Of a stretch of DNA of 64,000 nucleotides, positions 28,498 through 39,400 are shown piece after piece. The stretch is from Clostridia bacterium (GTDB lineage Bacteria; Bacillota; Clostridia; Christensenellales; Aristaeellaceae). The notes under the pieces were generated by a model, which was not told the DNA's origin, ran no database searches, and saw only the letters and a list, made by a program, of their open reading frames with translations. Both the position numbers and the translations under genes were made by a program. How positions within the stretch are numbered: position 1 is the first letter of the stretch; every line of letters starts with the position of its first letter. The stretch is taken from assembly GCA_017509255.1 (NCBI GenBank), contig JAFWQA010000004.1:3049-67048 (forward strand), given 5' to 3'.

Positions 28498-29490
28498 ATG
28501 CCATCCACTGTTATTATTCCCCTGATCATTGTTCTGGTCATCGTTGTGCTGGCCATCTTCCTCCACTTTGTTCCCATGGGACTGTGGATCTCGTCGCTGG
28601 CCAGCGGCGTACATATCCCGATCAGCACGCTCGTCGGCATGCGGATCCGCCGGATCCAGCCTCAGCGGCTGGTCTATCCGCTGATCAAAGCCAGAAAAGC
28701 CGGCCTGGATCTGACGATCAGCCAGCTGGAAACCCACTACCTGGCCGGCGGTAATGTGGACCGTGTCATCAACGCCCTGATCGCGGCCCAGCGCGCCAAC
28801 ATCGAAATGGCCTTTGAAAAGGCCTGCGCCATCGACCTTGCCGGCCGCGACGTGTTCCAGGCCGTACAGATGAGCGTTACCCCCAAGGTCATCGAGACGC
28901 CCGTAGTCGCCGCCATCGCCAAGGACGGTATCGAGCTGCGCGCCAAGGCCCGTGTCACCGTGCGCACCAATATTGAGCGCCTGGTCGGCGGCGCCGGCGA
29001 GGAAACCGTCATCGCCCGTGTCGGCGAGGGCATTGTTACCACCGTCGGCTCCGCGGAAACCCACAAGGAAGTGCTGGAGAATCCCGATCTGATCAGCCGC
29101 ACCGTGCTGAGCAAAGGTCTGGATGCCGGTACCGCCTATGAGATCCTGTCCATCGACATCGCGGACGTGGACGTCGGCCGCAACGTCGGCGCCCAGCTGC
29201 AGATGGACCAGGCGGAAGCTGACCGCCGGATCGCCCAGGCGAAGGCGGAAGAGCGCCGCGCCATGGCCGTCGCCCGCGAACAGGAAATGAAAGCATCCGT
29301 ACAGGAAATGCGCGCCAAGGTCGTCGAAGCCGAAGCCGAAGTGCCGAAGGCCATGGCCACCGCGCTCCGCGAAGGCAAAATGGGCGTGATGGATTACTAC
29401 AATATGAAAAACACCATTGCCGATACGGAGATGCGCGATTCCATCGCCAAGGCAAGCGCTCCCCAGCAGTCCTCCGAAGCCAAGAAATAA
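28498..29490 (+). CDS. floA: Flotillin-like protein FloA (YqfA)
   Basis: [29 protein letters not shown] and [10 protein letters not shown] motifs. Confidence 0.95.
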   Translation: MPSTVIIPLIIVLVIVVLAIFLHFVPMGLWISSLASGVHIPISTLVGMRIRRIQPQRLVYPLIKARKAGLDLTISQLETHYLAGGNVDRVINALIAAQRANIEMAFEKACAIDLAGRDVFQAVQMSVTPKVIETPVVAAIAKDGIELRAKARVTVRTNIERLVGGAGEETVIARVGEGIVTTVGSAETHKEVLENPDLISRTVLSKGLDAGTAYEILSIDIADVDVGRNVGAQLQMDQAEADRRIAQAKAEERRAMAVAREQEMKASVQEMRAKVVEAEAEVPKAMATALREGKMGVMDYYNMKNTIADTEMRDSIAKASAPQQSSEAKK

Positions 29491-29508
29491 CCGGGAGGTG
29501 AGACCCTG

Positions 29509-29961
29509 ATGGAGGGATTTGCTCCTCTTATCCTGCTGTTTCTCGTCTGGAGCCTGATCATTGCTCCGCTGACAGCGGCAAAAAAGAAGGCTGTCCAGAA
29601 CCAGCAAAAGCGGCAGAGCCAGGCCTTCCGCGAAGCAGCGGAAAACACACCCGCGCAGGCTCCGAAGCAGGCTCCCGCTCCCGTCAGGCCGACGCCCGCT
29701 CCCACGCTGCAGGCCCGTACAACCCTTCAGACTTCTCCCATGGCCAGCCGCCTGAAAGAACCTTATCAGGGCAGTCTGGGCGGGGAAAGCACGGAAGGCA
29801 CGGACCCCTGCCACGACGAACAGCTGGCCGGCCTGGACCGGATCGAAAGCACAGAGCAGATAACGGATCCCGGGGCCGGAAAGCCGGGCCTCTCACTCAG
29901 CTGGAGCAGCAATGACGTTGTAAAAGGCTTTGTTTACGGCGAGATCCTGAACCGCAGATAA
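29509..29961 (+). CDS. Membrane-anchored hypothetical protein (positional YqfB equivalent)
   Basis: N-terminal TM helix, Pro/Ala/Gln-rich linker, C-terminal GFVYGEIL; GGAGG RBS; third gene after nfeD-floA. Confidence 0.65.
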   Translation: MEGFAPLILLFLVWSLIIAPLTAAKKKAVQNQQKRQSQAFREAAENTPAQAPKQAPAPVRPTPAPTLQARTTLQTSPMASRLKEPYQGSLGGESTEGTDPCHDEQLAGLDRIESTEQITDPGAGKPGLSLSWSSNDVVKGFVYGEILNRR

Positions 29962-29967
29962 ACTTTT

Positions 29968-29999
29968 CCCCTCTCCGGGATCCCGGAGAGGGGTTTTTT
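29968..29999 (+). terminator. Intrinsic terminator
   Basis: CCCCTCTCCGGG-AT-CCCGGAGAGGGG followed by TTTTTT. Confidence 0.8.
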
Positions 30000-30050
30000 A
30001 TGCCGTTCCGGCTGAGAGCCGCACGCCTTCCTTTTCTTTTTCGTTATGCC

Positions 30051-32099
30051 TCATCTGTCCGGCTTCAGTTCAATATCCGAAACCAGCTCCTGCTTCCCGA
30101 CCCTGATCCGTGTGATATTACCATCCATCCCCACTTTTTCGCTGATTCCGTCATCTCTGTACAGGTCATAGACGGCTTCATTCTCCACTTTTCCAATCAT
30201 TTTTAAGCGATCTGTTTTAATTTCATCCACATTCTCGCCACCCCGGCACAGCGGGACCGCATGGCCGTTCCGGACAAAAAGCGGAAACTCTCCCAGGCCC
30301 AGGCTGATATAATGGTCTCCCTTTTCCATAGGGATCAGATCATAATCCTGTGCCGAGCGGAAACGGATCATCAGCATATCCTCCGGAAGGTAGACATATC
30401 TCCCTTCCGCATTCTGTTCATAAACCGGCGCGATCATGCACTCGCCTCCCAGCATCAGCTGGTCCTCCGTCCGGACGGCCCGGCGGTCCTCCGGATAGTC
30501 AAAGGCCAGCGGCCGGAACAGCATGCTGTCCGTCAGGGCCGCTTTCATGTATTCACTGTACAGATAGGGCAGCAGCGCGTAACGCACAGTCACCGTGTCC
30601 CTCATGGTCTCCCAGATGGAGAAGCGGTATATTTCCTGTTCCCTGGTGTGCAGGGCGGAATGATTACGCATCAGGGGCGTGAACACTCCCAGCTGCAGGA
30701 AGCGCTCCAGCAGATCCTCGGTCGTACTGCAGCCGAAGCCGCCCAGATCGCACCCGCAGAACAGAAAGCCGCAAAGATTCATGTTGGGCAGCATCTGCAT
30801 GGCCATCTTCAGGTGGCTCCACCAGGAAAAATTGTCTCCCTGCCAGACTCCGCCGTCCCGGTGCGCGCCGACAAAGGAGGAACGGGAAAAGAGCAGATAC
30901 CGCTCTCCCGGGCGGAAGCGCCGCATCCCGTCCGCCGAGGCGCGGGTCATCCCCGCTCCGTAAAGGTTATGCACCTTGTCATGACGGACGTTTCTTCCGT
31001 CCATCACATGGTAAAAGCGCCGGTAATCCTCCGGGTTATTGGCCACCGCGTTGAAGGCATCCTTGATGGCCCAGTTCTCGCTCAGGTCCAGCTCCTTTCC
31101 CTTCAGCGTCTCCGCCAGGGCGAAGGCCTGCGCCAGCGTTTCGTCGCTGTAGAACAGCGCCGGCTCGTTCATATCGTTCCAGAAACCTTCGATACCGGCC
31201 TCCAGCAGCGGGCGGTAAAGATCCCCGAACCATTTCCGGGCATCCTCCCGCAGGAAATCCGGAAAACAGCAGCGTCCCGGCCAGACCGCCGCCACGAAAT
31301 CGGTCCCGTCCGCCTTTTTGCAGAAGAATCCGCCTTCCTTTCCGGAATCATAGGGGCCATAGCCTTCCTCCGTCTTGATGCCGGCGTCGATGATCGGGAT
31401 CAGGCGGATATGTTCCTCCTTCATACTCCGGACAAAGGCTTTCAGATCAGGAAAGGCGTCCTTCTTCCAGGTGAAATTCCGGTAACCCTCCATATAGTCG
31501 ATGTCCATACAGATCCCGTCCAGCGGAATATGCCGTTTCCGGTGTTCCTCCGCAACGGCACGCACCTCCCGCTCGCTGGCATAGCCCCAGCGGCTCTGGA
31601 TATAGCCGAACGCCCATTCGGGCGGAAGATAGCTGCGGCCGGTGAGTCCGCGGAAAAGCTTTGCGATCTCCTTCAGGTCCGCTCCTTCCAGCAGGTATAC
31701 GTTCAGATCCCCGTTTTCGGACACGATCTCCGCCGTATCCCTCCGGGCGTCGCCCAGATCGTAGATAACCAGGCCGGGATCGTCAAAATACACGCCGAAC
31801 AGCCGGTCCGGACGGAAGAAAACCAGCAGGTTATGGGAAGCATAGATGCTCTGCCGGTCCTCCGTATGGTTGAAATCGTCGCTGTTCCAGCTGCGGTAGC
31901 GGTGCCCGCGCTTATTGATGCCGCGGACGTTTTCCCCCAGACCGAACACGGTCTCCTCCTCCGTCAGCTGTGTACGGAAAAGCACCTTTTCCCCTTCCCG
32001 CCGGACGTCAAAATACGGCATTTTGCCCTTTTCCTCCGGCAGGCTGAGTACGACGGCACCGGTGTCACAGGGCGTGCCGAAGCTGTATCTGCGGATCAT
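30051..32099 (-). CDS. Glycoside hydrolase family 31 alpha-glucosidase
   Basis: DIDYM, WNDMNEP (nucleophile), WQGDN, DLGGF and RNHS motifs. Confidence 0.92.
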   Translation of the reverse strand: MIRRYSFGTPCDTGAVVLSLPEEKGKMPYFDVRREGEKVLFRTQLTEEETVFGLGENVRGINKRGHRYRSWNSDDFNHTEDRQSIYASHNLLVFFRPDRLFGVYFDDPGLVIYDLGDARRDTAEIVSENGDLNVYLLEGADLKEIAKLFRGLTGRSYLPPEWAFGYIQSRWGYASEREVRAVAEEHRKRHIPLDGICMDIDYMEGYRNFTWKKDAFPDLKAFVRSMKEEHIRLIPIIDAGIKTEEGYGPYDSGKEGGFFCKKADGTDFVAAVWPGRCCFPDFLREDARKWFGDLYRPLLEAGIEGFWNDMNEPALFYSDETLAQAFALAETLKGKELDLSENWAIKDAFNAVANNPEDYRRFYHVMDGRNVRHDKVHNLYGAGMTRASADGMRRFRPGERYLLFSRSSFVGAHRDGGVWQGDNFSWWSHLKMAMQMLPNMNLCGFLFCGCDLGGFGCSTTEDLLERFLQLGVFTPLMRNHSALHTREQEIYRFSIWETMRDTVTVRYALLPYLYSEYMKAALTDSMLFRPLAFDYPEDRRAVRTEDQLMLGGECMIAPVYEQNAEGRYVYLPEDMLMIRFRSAQDYDLIPMEKGDHYISLGLGEFPLFVRNGHAVPLCRGGENVDEIKTDRLKMIGKVENEAVYDLYRDDGISEKVGMDGNITRIRVGKQELVSDIELKPDR

Positions 32100-32245
32100 G
32101 ATTTTTCTCCTTTTTTCCCGTTTTTGATTCTATTCGCCGCGCCCCCGTTCTTTCCCTGTCAGGGTTGCAATTTCAGGGGGGGTGTTCTATAATGTTTCTG
32201 TTTATGACTGATTCATAACATTAATACAAGGAGGCCGGCCAAACC

Positions 32246-33121
32246 ATGGATTACGTTTTCATGACAGACAGTGACAGCGATCTGCCCTACGCGCTCAAAC
32301 AGGAGTATGATATCCCTGTGGTATACATGCCCTACGCGCTGAACGGAAAGGAGTACTTTGACGACCTGGGTCAGATGCTTGACCATAAAAGCTACTTTGA
32401 CAAAATGCGCGAAGGCGCCGTCCCGGTGACTTCCGCGCTGAACGAAGCCGCTTACTACGAATATTTTGAGCCCGTTCTGGAAAGCGGAAAGGATCTCCTT
32501 TTCGTTGCCTTCTCCAGCAAGCTGAGCCGCACCATCGAATCCGTCTATGCCGTACAGAAGGAGCTGCTGCAAAAGTATCCCGAACGCAAGTTTATCGTGG
32601 TCGACACGCTGAGCATCTCCGGCGCCATGACCGTACTGCTGCTCAAGGCGCATGAGCTTTACCGCGCCGGGAAGCCCATAGAGGAAGTGGCCGACTGGCT
32701 GGAAAAGAACAAGCTTCGCAGCCACGCGCACTTCATGGTGGAGGATCTGAAATACCTCAAGCGCGGCGGGCGGATCTCCCCCACGGCCGCGGCCTTCGGT
32801 TCCATGCTGGATATCAAGCCGCTGATCTGTGAAGCGCGGGACGGGACCCTGAACGCCTACAACAAGGTTCGCGGCCGGAAAAAGGGCTTCGCCACCCTGG
32901 TGGACGACATGATGAGCTTTGAGCCGGATCCGGCCGAGAGCTTTGTGCTGATCATCAACGCCGATGACCGTGCCGGCGCGGAGCAGCTCCGGGATCTTGT
33001 GCTGCAGCGCAATCCCGCCTTCAGCGTCCGTATCGAGAACATCGGTCCCGTGATCGGAGCCCACTGCGGACCCGGCACCCTGGCCGTCTGCTTCCTCGGC
33101 AAAAAAGAAAGAAAACTCTGA
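32246..33121 (+). CDS. DegV/FakB fatty-acid-binding protein
   Basis: TDSDSDLP, FSSKLS, YLKRGGRIS, LDIKP and IGAHCGPG motifs; upstream TTGCAA-N17-TATAAT. Confidence 0.92.
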   Translation: MDYVFMTDSDSDLPYALKQEYDIPVVYMPYALNGKEYFDDLGQMLDHKSYFDKMREGAVPVTSALNEAAYYEYFEPVLESGKDLLFVAFSSKLSRTIESVYAVQKELLQKYPERKFIVVDTLSISGAMTVLLLKAHELYRAGKPIEEVADWLEKNKLRSHAHFMVEDLKYLKRGGRISPTAAAFGSMLDIKPLICEARDGTLNAYNKVRGRKKGFATLVDDMMSFEPDPAESFVLIINADDRAGAEQLRDLVLQRNPAFSVRIENIGPVIGAHCGPGTLAVCFLGKKERKL

Positions 33122-33133
33122 TCCTGAACATTC

Positions 33134-33170
33134 AAAAGCCCCCGGAACCTTTCGGTTCCGGGGGCTTTTT
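33134..33170. terminator. Bidirectional intrinsic terminator
   Basis: AAAAGCCCCCGGAACC-TTTC-GGTTCCGGGGGCTTTT hairpin between convergent genes. Confidence 0.85.
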
Positions 33171-33180
33171 CAGTCCGGGA

Positions 33181-34713
33181 TCAGGAATTCTTTTCTTCCT
33201 CCAGGGCCTTTTCCATGCTCTCCTGGATCTCCGGGAAAGCGGACAGCATCGGCTTGACTTCCTTTTTCTTCAGTCGGCGGTCGATGTAGTTCTTTGTGAT
33301 CTTCCGCACCAGCCCGCTGAGCACGATGACGCCGATCAGGTTCGGGATCGCCATCAGCCCGTTGAAGGTATCGCTCAGGTTGATCGCCAGGGCCGTATCC
33401 AGAATGCCCGAAGCGAGGATCGCCGCCAGGAAAAGGACCTTGTAAACGATCGTGGACTTCGTGCCGAAAAGGAATTCCCAGGCCTTTTTGCCGTAGAAGC
33501 TCCAGCCGAGGCAGGTGGAGAATGCGAACAGCGTGACGGCGACCGCAACGAAGATCCCTCCGAAGGAGCCGAAGCTCTTCGTGAAGGCTTCCGTGGTCAG
33601 GCCGAGATCGGTAATGCCGCTCAGGGACTCGCCGGTCTCGAGATTGACCACGCCGCTGGTCAGGATCACCAGCGCCGTCATCGTGCAGACAATGATCGTG
33701 TCCATAAACACTTCAAAGATGCCCCAGATGCCCTGCGTTGCCGGCTCCTTGACGTCGGAGGTGGAGTGCACCATAACTGAGGAACCGAGACCCGCCTCAT
33801 TGGAAAAGACGCCGCGCTTGAAGCCCCAGGTCATCGCCCTGGCAATGACCGCGCCTCCGACACCGCCTGCAGCCGCCCGGAAATTGAAGGCGCCGCGGAA
33901 GATCGCGCCGAATGCCGGCAGCAGCTGGCCCGCATTCATGATAATGATGATCAGGCTGCCGAGAATATAGAAAAGCGCCATAAAGGGGACGATCTTTTCA
34001 TTCGTCTCGGCGATCCGCTTCAGACCGCCGATGATGACCAGGAAGGCCACGATCATCAGCACGGCGGCAATGATCAGCCCGCCGGTCATATCGGAAGCCA
34101 GAGCGGCATTCCCGCTCAGGTCCGCCGCGGAGGTCAGGATGCTTTCCCGGATCGTGGAGATCTGGCTCATATTGCCGATACCGAAGGAGGCAATGACCGC
34201 AAAGATGCTGAAGAGCACCGCCAGCACCTTACCGACCGTCTTCAGGTTCTTTTTTGCGCCCAGGCCATCCCGCAGATAATACATGGCTCCGCCGGACCAT
34301 TCCTTTTCCCGGTTGCGGCGCCGGAAATAGATGCCCAGCACGTTTTCCGAATAGTTGGTCATCATGCCGACGACGGCCGCGATCCACATCCAGAAAACGG
34401 CGCCGGGCCCGCCCATCGTGATGGCATAGGCTACGCCGGCGATATTGCCCGTGCCGATCGTGGCCGAGAGCGCCGTACAGAGCGCCTGGAACTGGCTGAT
34501 CGAGTTTTTGTCCGAGGATTTGGTCGTCGACTTGTGGAAGAGCTTTCCGATCGTTTCTTTCATGGTATGCCCGAAATGGGTAAACTGGAAGAAACCGGTC
34601 AGAACCGTCATCAGAATGCCCGTGCCGATCAGCAGGGTCAGCGCGGGAACACCCCAAACCACATCGTTGACGGCGCTGTTGACTGAAGCGATGGTGTTGG
34701 TCAGGTTATCCAT
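33181..34713 (-). CDS. Alanine/glycine:cation symporter (AGCS/AlsT family)
   Basis: ATIGTGNIAGVA, GGPGAVFWMW, RGVFSNEAGLGS and MAIPNLIG motifs. Confidence 0.93.
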   Translation of the reverse strand: MDNLTNTIASVNSAVNDVVWGVPALTLLIGTGILMTVLTGFFQFTHFGHTMKETIGKLFHKSTTKSSDKNSISQFQALCTALSATIGTGNIAGVAYAITMGGPGAVFWMWIAAVVGMMTNYSENVLGIYFRRRNREKEWSGGAMYYLRDGLGAKKNLKTVGKVLAVLFSIFAVIASFGIGNMSQISTIRESILTSAADLSGNAALASDMTGGLIIAAVLMIVAFLVIIGGLKRIAETNEKIVPFMALFYILGSLIIIIMNAGQLLPAFGAIFRGAFNFRAAAGGVGGAVIARAMTWGFKRGVFSNEAGLGSSVMVHSTSDVKEPATQGIWGIFEVFMDTIIVCTMTALVILTSGVVNLETGESLSGITDLGLTTEAFTKSFGSFGGIFVAVAVTLFAFSTCLGWSFYGKKAWEFLFGTKSTIVYKVLFLAAILASGILDTALAINLSDTFNGLMAIPNLIGVIVLSGLVRKITKNYIDRRLKKKEVKPMLSAFPEIQESMEKALEEEKNS

Positions 34714-34755
34714 GAAAAAAGCCCCTTTCATCCGACTGTCTGAACCCCGGCCGAC

Positions 34756-34790
34756 AAAAAAACGGAGAAAACCGAAAAGTTCTCTCCGCT
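34756..34790 (-). terminator. Riboswitch expression-platform terminator
   Basis: CGGAGAGAAC-TTTTCG-GTTTTCTCCG then T7 on the minus strand, between the aptamers and the start codon. Confidence 0.8.
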
Positions 34791-34827
34791 TAAAACAAAA
34801 ACATTCCCCGGTCCTGACCCGGGATCT

Positions 34828-34996
34828 CTTTCCGTCCTTTTGCCTGAGAGATTTGACACTGCGCCATTGCACCTTCGGCACCGCCCGGCCGGGCGGCTTC
34901 TCCGGAATGTCGTCCACACGCAGTCTTTGAACCTGAGAGCGTTACCCCTTCGGCGGCCCCGAAAACCCGGAGCCTTTTCCTGCGCGCTTCCTCCGA
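34828..34996 (-). ncRNA. Tandem glycine riboswitch
   Basis: Two aptamers, each GGA(A/G)A...GCCGAAG...CTCTCAGG, the second ending CAAAAGGAC; lies upstream of an AGCS transporter. Confidence 0.93.
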
Positions 34997-35082
34997 CCGT
35001 ATTCAGTTGTTTTTACTATAATTCCGGCATGCCTTCCGTGTCAAAGGAAAAACACGACAAATACAAAAAAAGCGCCGAGATA

Positions 35083-36009
35083 TCACCGGCAGCGCACACC
35101 GTATTTCTTTTTGATGTATCCGTCCAGATTCCCGTGTTCACTGACCGTCAGCGTGTCGATCCCCATTTCATCCATCACGCAGAGCAGGATGCAGATACCG
35201 TGTACCACGATATCCGCGCGACCCGGCTGCAGGCTTCCCAGCTTCAGCCGTTCCTGAATGTTCATGCCCGCCAGCTTCCTGCCGATGGCGGCGATCTCGT
35301 CCCTGCGGATCCCGGTTCCGTGCACGCAGGTACGGTCCGTCCACGGGACATCACGGACCATGGCCGCCAGCGCGGTGAAGGTCCCGCCGGTGCCGATCCA
35401 TACGTCCGCCTTTTCCGCAGCTTCCTCCTCATTCCAGGTCTCCCGGAAGATTTTCCGGGCGATCTCCTCCACGCCGGCCAGATCGTCCTCGCTGTCAATG
35501 GACAAAACATTATACAGGCGCACCGCGCCCATCTGGCAGGATACGGCGCGCCGAATCTCCCGGCCCCTGCCCAGAACGATCTCCGTGCTTCCGCCGCCAA
35601 TATCGATCACGCCGCAGGATGTGCCTTCCGGCACCACGTCCGTCGCGCCCAGAAAGCTCAGCTGCGCTTCCTCGCTGCCGGTGATGATCTCCAGCTCCGT
35701 TCCGGAAACGGTCCGGATCAGCTTCATGAAATCCGCGCCGTTCTTCGCGTCGCGGGATGCGCTGGTAGCAAAAATATGCAGTCTCTCGCAGCCGTTTTCC
35801 TGAGCGGCGCCGGCCATTCTCCGGACGGCTTCCGCTGTTTTGAGCATGCTTTCACCGCTGAGGTTTCCTTCCGCGTCCAGGCCCGCGAAAAGCCTGGTAC
35901 CGGCCCGGTCCCTGCGAAGGCGCCGGAACGCACCGTCTCCGATTTCCGTCTCCAGCATTCGGACAGAATTGGATCCGATCCCGATCACAGCCACTCGCAC
36001 TGCCCTCAC
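35083..36009 (-). CDS. Ppx/GppA-family phosphatase (single domain)
   Basis: IGSNSVR, ATSASRDAKN, EEAQLSFLGA, IDIGGGSTE and GTGGT motifs. Start may be the GTG at 36000. Confidence 0.9.
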   Translation of the reverse strand: MRAVRVAVIGIGSNSVRMLETEIGDGAFRRLRRDRAGTRLFAGLDAEGNLSGESMLKTAEAVRRMAGAAQENGCERLHIFATSASRDAKNGADFMKLIRTVSGTELEIITGSEEAQLSFLGATDVVPEGTSCGVIDIGGGSTEIVLGRGREIRRAVSCQMGAVRLYNVLSIDSEDDLAGVEEIARKIFRETWNEEEAAEKADVWIGTGGTFTALAAMVRDVPWTDRTCVHGTGIRRDEIAAIGRKLAGMNIQERLKLGSLQPGRADIVVHGICILLCVMDEMGIDTLTVSEHGNLDGYIKKKYGVRCR

Positions 36010-36016
36010 CTCCGCT

Positions 36017-36355
36017 TCACTCCGCCAGGTCGTCCATCAGGATTTTCAGCTCTTCCTCCGTATACGCATAAAGCGCCTCCGGATTGGTAAATTCAAAACG
36101 GATATCATTCCGGTTCATATAGGCATAGTTTCCCTTCGCGCTGGAAACGATATAATCCTCAGTCCCCACAGCCTTCAGCTGCGCTGTCAGGGTTTTGTTG
36201 GTTTCCTCCATCCCGGTCAGGGACTGGCGGAGGATGTGCTCTTCCTCCCGCTTCTGATTCAGGTTGTTCATCAGGATCATATGCAGCACAAGAAAAGCCA
36301 CCAGCATCGTGCCGATGATCAGAAGGAAACCCTTCATGTTCATTCTCTTCTGCAT
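36017..36355 (-). CDS. Septum formation initiator (FtsB/DivIC-like) protein
   Basis: One TM helix, coiled coil, then DYIVSSAK..Y.YM...DIRF pattern; adjacent to ppx. Confidence 0.6.
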   Translation of the reverse strand: MQKRMNMKGFLLIIGTMLVAFLVLHMILMNNLNQKREEEHILRQSLTGMEETNKTLTAQLKAVGTEDYIVSSAKGNYAYMNRNDIRFEFTNPEALYAYTEEELKILMDDLAE

Positions 36356-36432
36356 AATCCGGTCCTTTCCCGTTCAGCCTGCTTTTTCAAAGTCTATTCT
36401 ACACGCGGAGCGGCAATTCCTTTTCCGTCCCG

Positions 36433-39400
36433 TCAGAACATGCTGATCTGGCTGGTCTCGCTCAGCCCCGCCAGCGCCCCGTGCGCGCGCAGAAGGTCGA
36501 TCACGGAAGAGCCGGCCTTTCCCCGCACCGCCAGATCCTCTATGCTCAGGAAGGGAGCCTCCTTCCTGGCCTCCACGATCGGAACCGCCGCGCTTTCTCC
36601 CAGCCCCGGCAGGCTGATGAACGGGCAGCGGATATTGCCGTCTTCTATCAGGAAACGCTTGATATCGCTCTTGTACAGGTCCACCGGCAGGAACCGGATG
36701 CCGCGCATATTCATCTCCAGCACCAGTTCCAGGCAGGTGGCGATGTCCTTGTCCCTCGCGCTCGCCTTTTCCATGTTCCGGATCTCCCGCAGCCTCGCCC
36801 GGCAGGCATCCGGGGAAAGGATCATCGTGGAGGCGTCGAATCCGTCCCCGCGCACGGTGAAATACGCGCAGTAGTAGGCCAGCGGTTCATGCAGCTTGAA
36901 CCAGGCCACGCGAAGGCTCATTGTCACATAAGCCACCGCATGCCCCTTCGGGAACATGTATTTGATCTTTCTGCAGCTGTCCATGAACCATTCCGGAACG
37001 TTGTTTTCCTCCATGGCCTGCTGCATATCCGACTTCAGGCCTTTGCCCTTCCGGACACTTTCCATGGTCGTGAAAGCCAGCTTCGGCTTGACGCCCTTAT
37101 CGATCAGATAATTCATAATATCGTCACGGCAGCAGACGCACTCGCTCAGCGTGGCCGTGCCGGAGGCGATCAGTGACTGAGCGTTGTCCAGCCATACGTC
37201 CGTGCCGTGGCTCAGGCCGGAAATCCGCAGCAGCTCCTCCATGGTGGATGGCCTTGTCTCGTCCAGCATGCCGCGCACAAAGCCCGTGCCGAATTCCGGG
37301 ACCCCGTAGGTGCCCGTATTGCAGAGGATATCGTCGCTGGTGACTCCCAGCGCCTCCGGCGAGGTGAACAGGCTGCGTACGCCCGGATCATCCAGCGGCA
37401 CGTCCCGGAAGTTGATCCCCGTCAGCTCCTCCAGCACGTGCATCATGGTCGGATCGTCGTGACCGAGGCAGTCCAGCTTGACCAGGATATCGTGCATGGA
37501 GTTGAAGTCGAAATGCGTGGTGGTGAAATCGCTTTCCAGATCGTCCGCCGGATGCTGCACCGCGGTAAATTCGGAAATGTCATACTCCTTCGGAACGACG
37601 ACCATGCCGCCCGGATGCTGGCCGGTGGTCCGCTTGACCCCCGTGCATTCCAGCGCCAGCCGGTCCTTTTCCGTGTTGCCGGCCTGAATCCCGCGCTCCT
37701 CCAGATACTTGCTGGCGTAACCGAAGGCTGTCTTGTCCGCCAGACCGGAAATGGTTCCCGCGCGGAAAACATGGTCCTTTCCGAAAAGCTCCTCCACATA
37801 ATGGTGGGCGCGGTTCTGGTATTCACCCGAGAAGTTCAGGTCGATATCGGGCACCTTGTCGCCCTCAAAGCCCAGGAAGACTTCAAAGGGAATGTCAAAG
37901 CCGTCCTTCGTCAGCGGCCGGCCGCAGTCCGGGCAGTTTCTGTCCGGAAGGTCCACGCCGACGTGATATTTGGTTTTGTCCACATCAAAGTATCCTTTGT
38001 GACAGCGCGTACAGCGATAGTGCGGCGGCAGGGCGTTCACCTCGGTGATCCCGCACATGCGGGCCACCAGGCTGCTGCCGACGGAGCCCCGGCTTCCGAC
38101 CAGGTAACCGTCCTCCAGTGACTTGGAAACCAGCTTCTGCGCGATATTGTACAGCGTGCAGTAACCGTACCCGACGATGGATTTGAGCTCCTTTTTCAGC
38201 CGGGCCTCCACGATTTCCGGAAGCGGGCTTCCGTACATCTCCTCCGCCTCGGACCAGGTCATATCCTGAATATTGTCCTCCGCGTCGTCCCAGTAGGGCT
38301 GGAACGTATCCTCCCCCTTGGGATGCTTCGGGAACAGATTGATGGCTTCCACACTGTCCGCGATCCTCCGCGGATTGTCAATAACGACCTCCTTCGCCTT
38401 TTCGGGTCCCAGATAGGCGAATTCCTCCAGCATTTCGTCCGTCGTTTTGAAATAGAGCGGCGGCTGATTGTCCGCATCGGAATGGCCCAGGCCCGCCTGG
38501 ATGATCGCCCGGCCGACCGCGTCCTTCGGATCCAGGAAATGCACGTCCCCGGTTGCCACGACGGGCTTGTTCAGCTTTTCGCCCAGCCGGACGATCCTGC
38601 GGTTCAGTTCCCGCAGGTCCTCCTCCGACTTTACATACCCTTCCCGCAGAAGGAAGGCGTTGTTTCCGGTCGGCTGGATCTCCAGATAGTCGTAGAAGGA
38701 GGCGATCTCCTCCAGCTTCTCCTCCGGCTCATCCGCCAGCACCGCCTTGAACAGCTCCCCGGCTTCGCAGGCGCTACCCAGGATCAGCCCTTCCCGGTAC
38801 TGTTCGATCTTCTGTCTGGGCATATGGGGCGTGCGGTGGAAGTACTCCAGATGGCTGATCGTCACCAGCTTGTTCAGATTGACCAGCCCGGTACGGTTTT
38901 TCGCCAGAAGGATGATATGCCAGCTTTCGCCGATGGCTCCCCCGCGGAGCTTTTTGTTCAGATCGGTATAGGTTTTGATGTCGGGATACCTTTCCGCGGT
39001 CTCCTCAAACATCTTCTGCAGCACGTGCGCGGTCGCCGTCGCGTCATGCACGGCCCGGTGCGCGTTTTTCAGGCTGACGCCCAGCTTTTTGCAGAGCGCG
39101 CCGAGGCGGAAGGTTTTCTGATCCGGATACAGCTTGCGCGCGTAGGTCAGCGTATCCATGACCGGATTGGAAAAGCTCATGCCCAGCCTTTTGAGTTCGG
39201 AGCGGAGCAGGGACGCGTCAAAGCTGCTGTTGTGCGCGGCGATCGGGCAGTCCCCGATGAACTCCATCAGCTTCGGAAGCATCTCCGCCGCCTTCGGCTT
39301 TCCCGCCAACGCGGCGTCCGTGATGCCGGTCAGCTCCGAGATCTTGGGAGGCAACGGCTCGCCCGGATCCACCATTTCCTCAAACTGATCCACCACCGTT

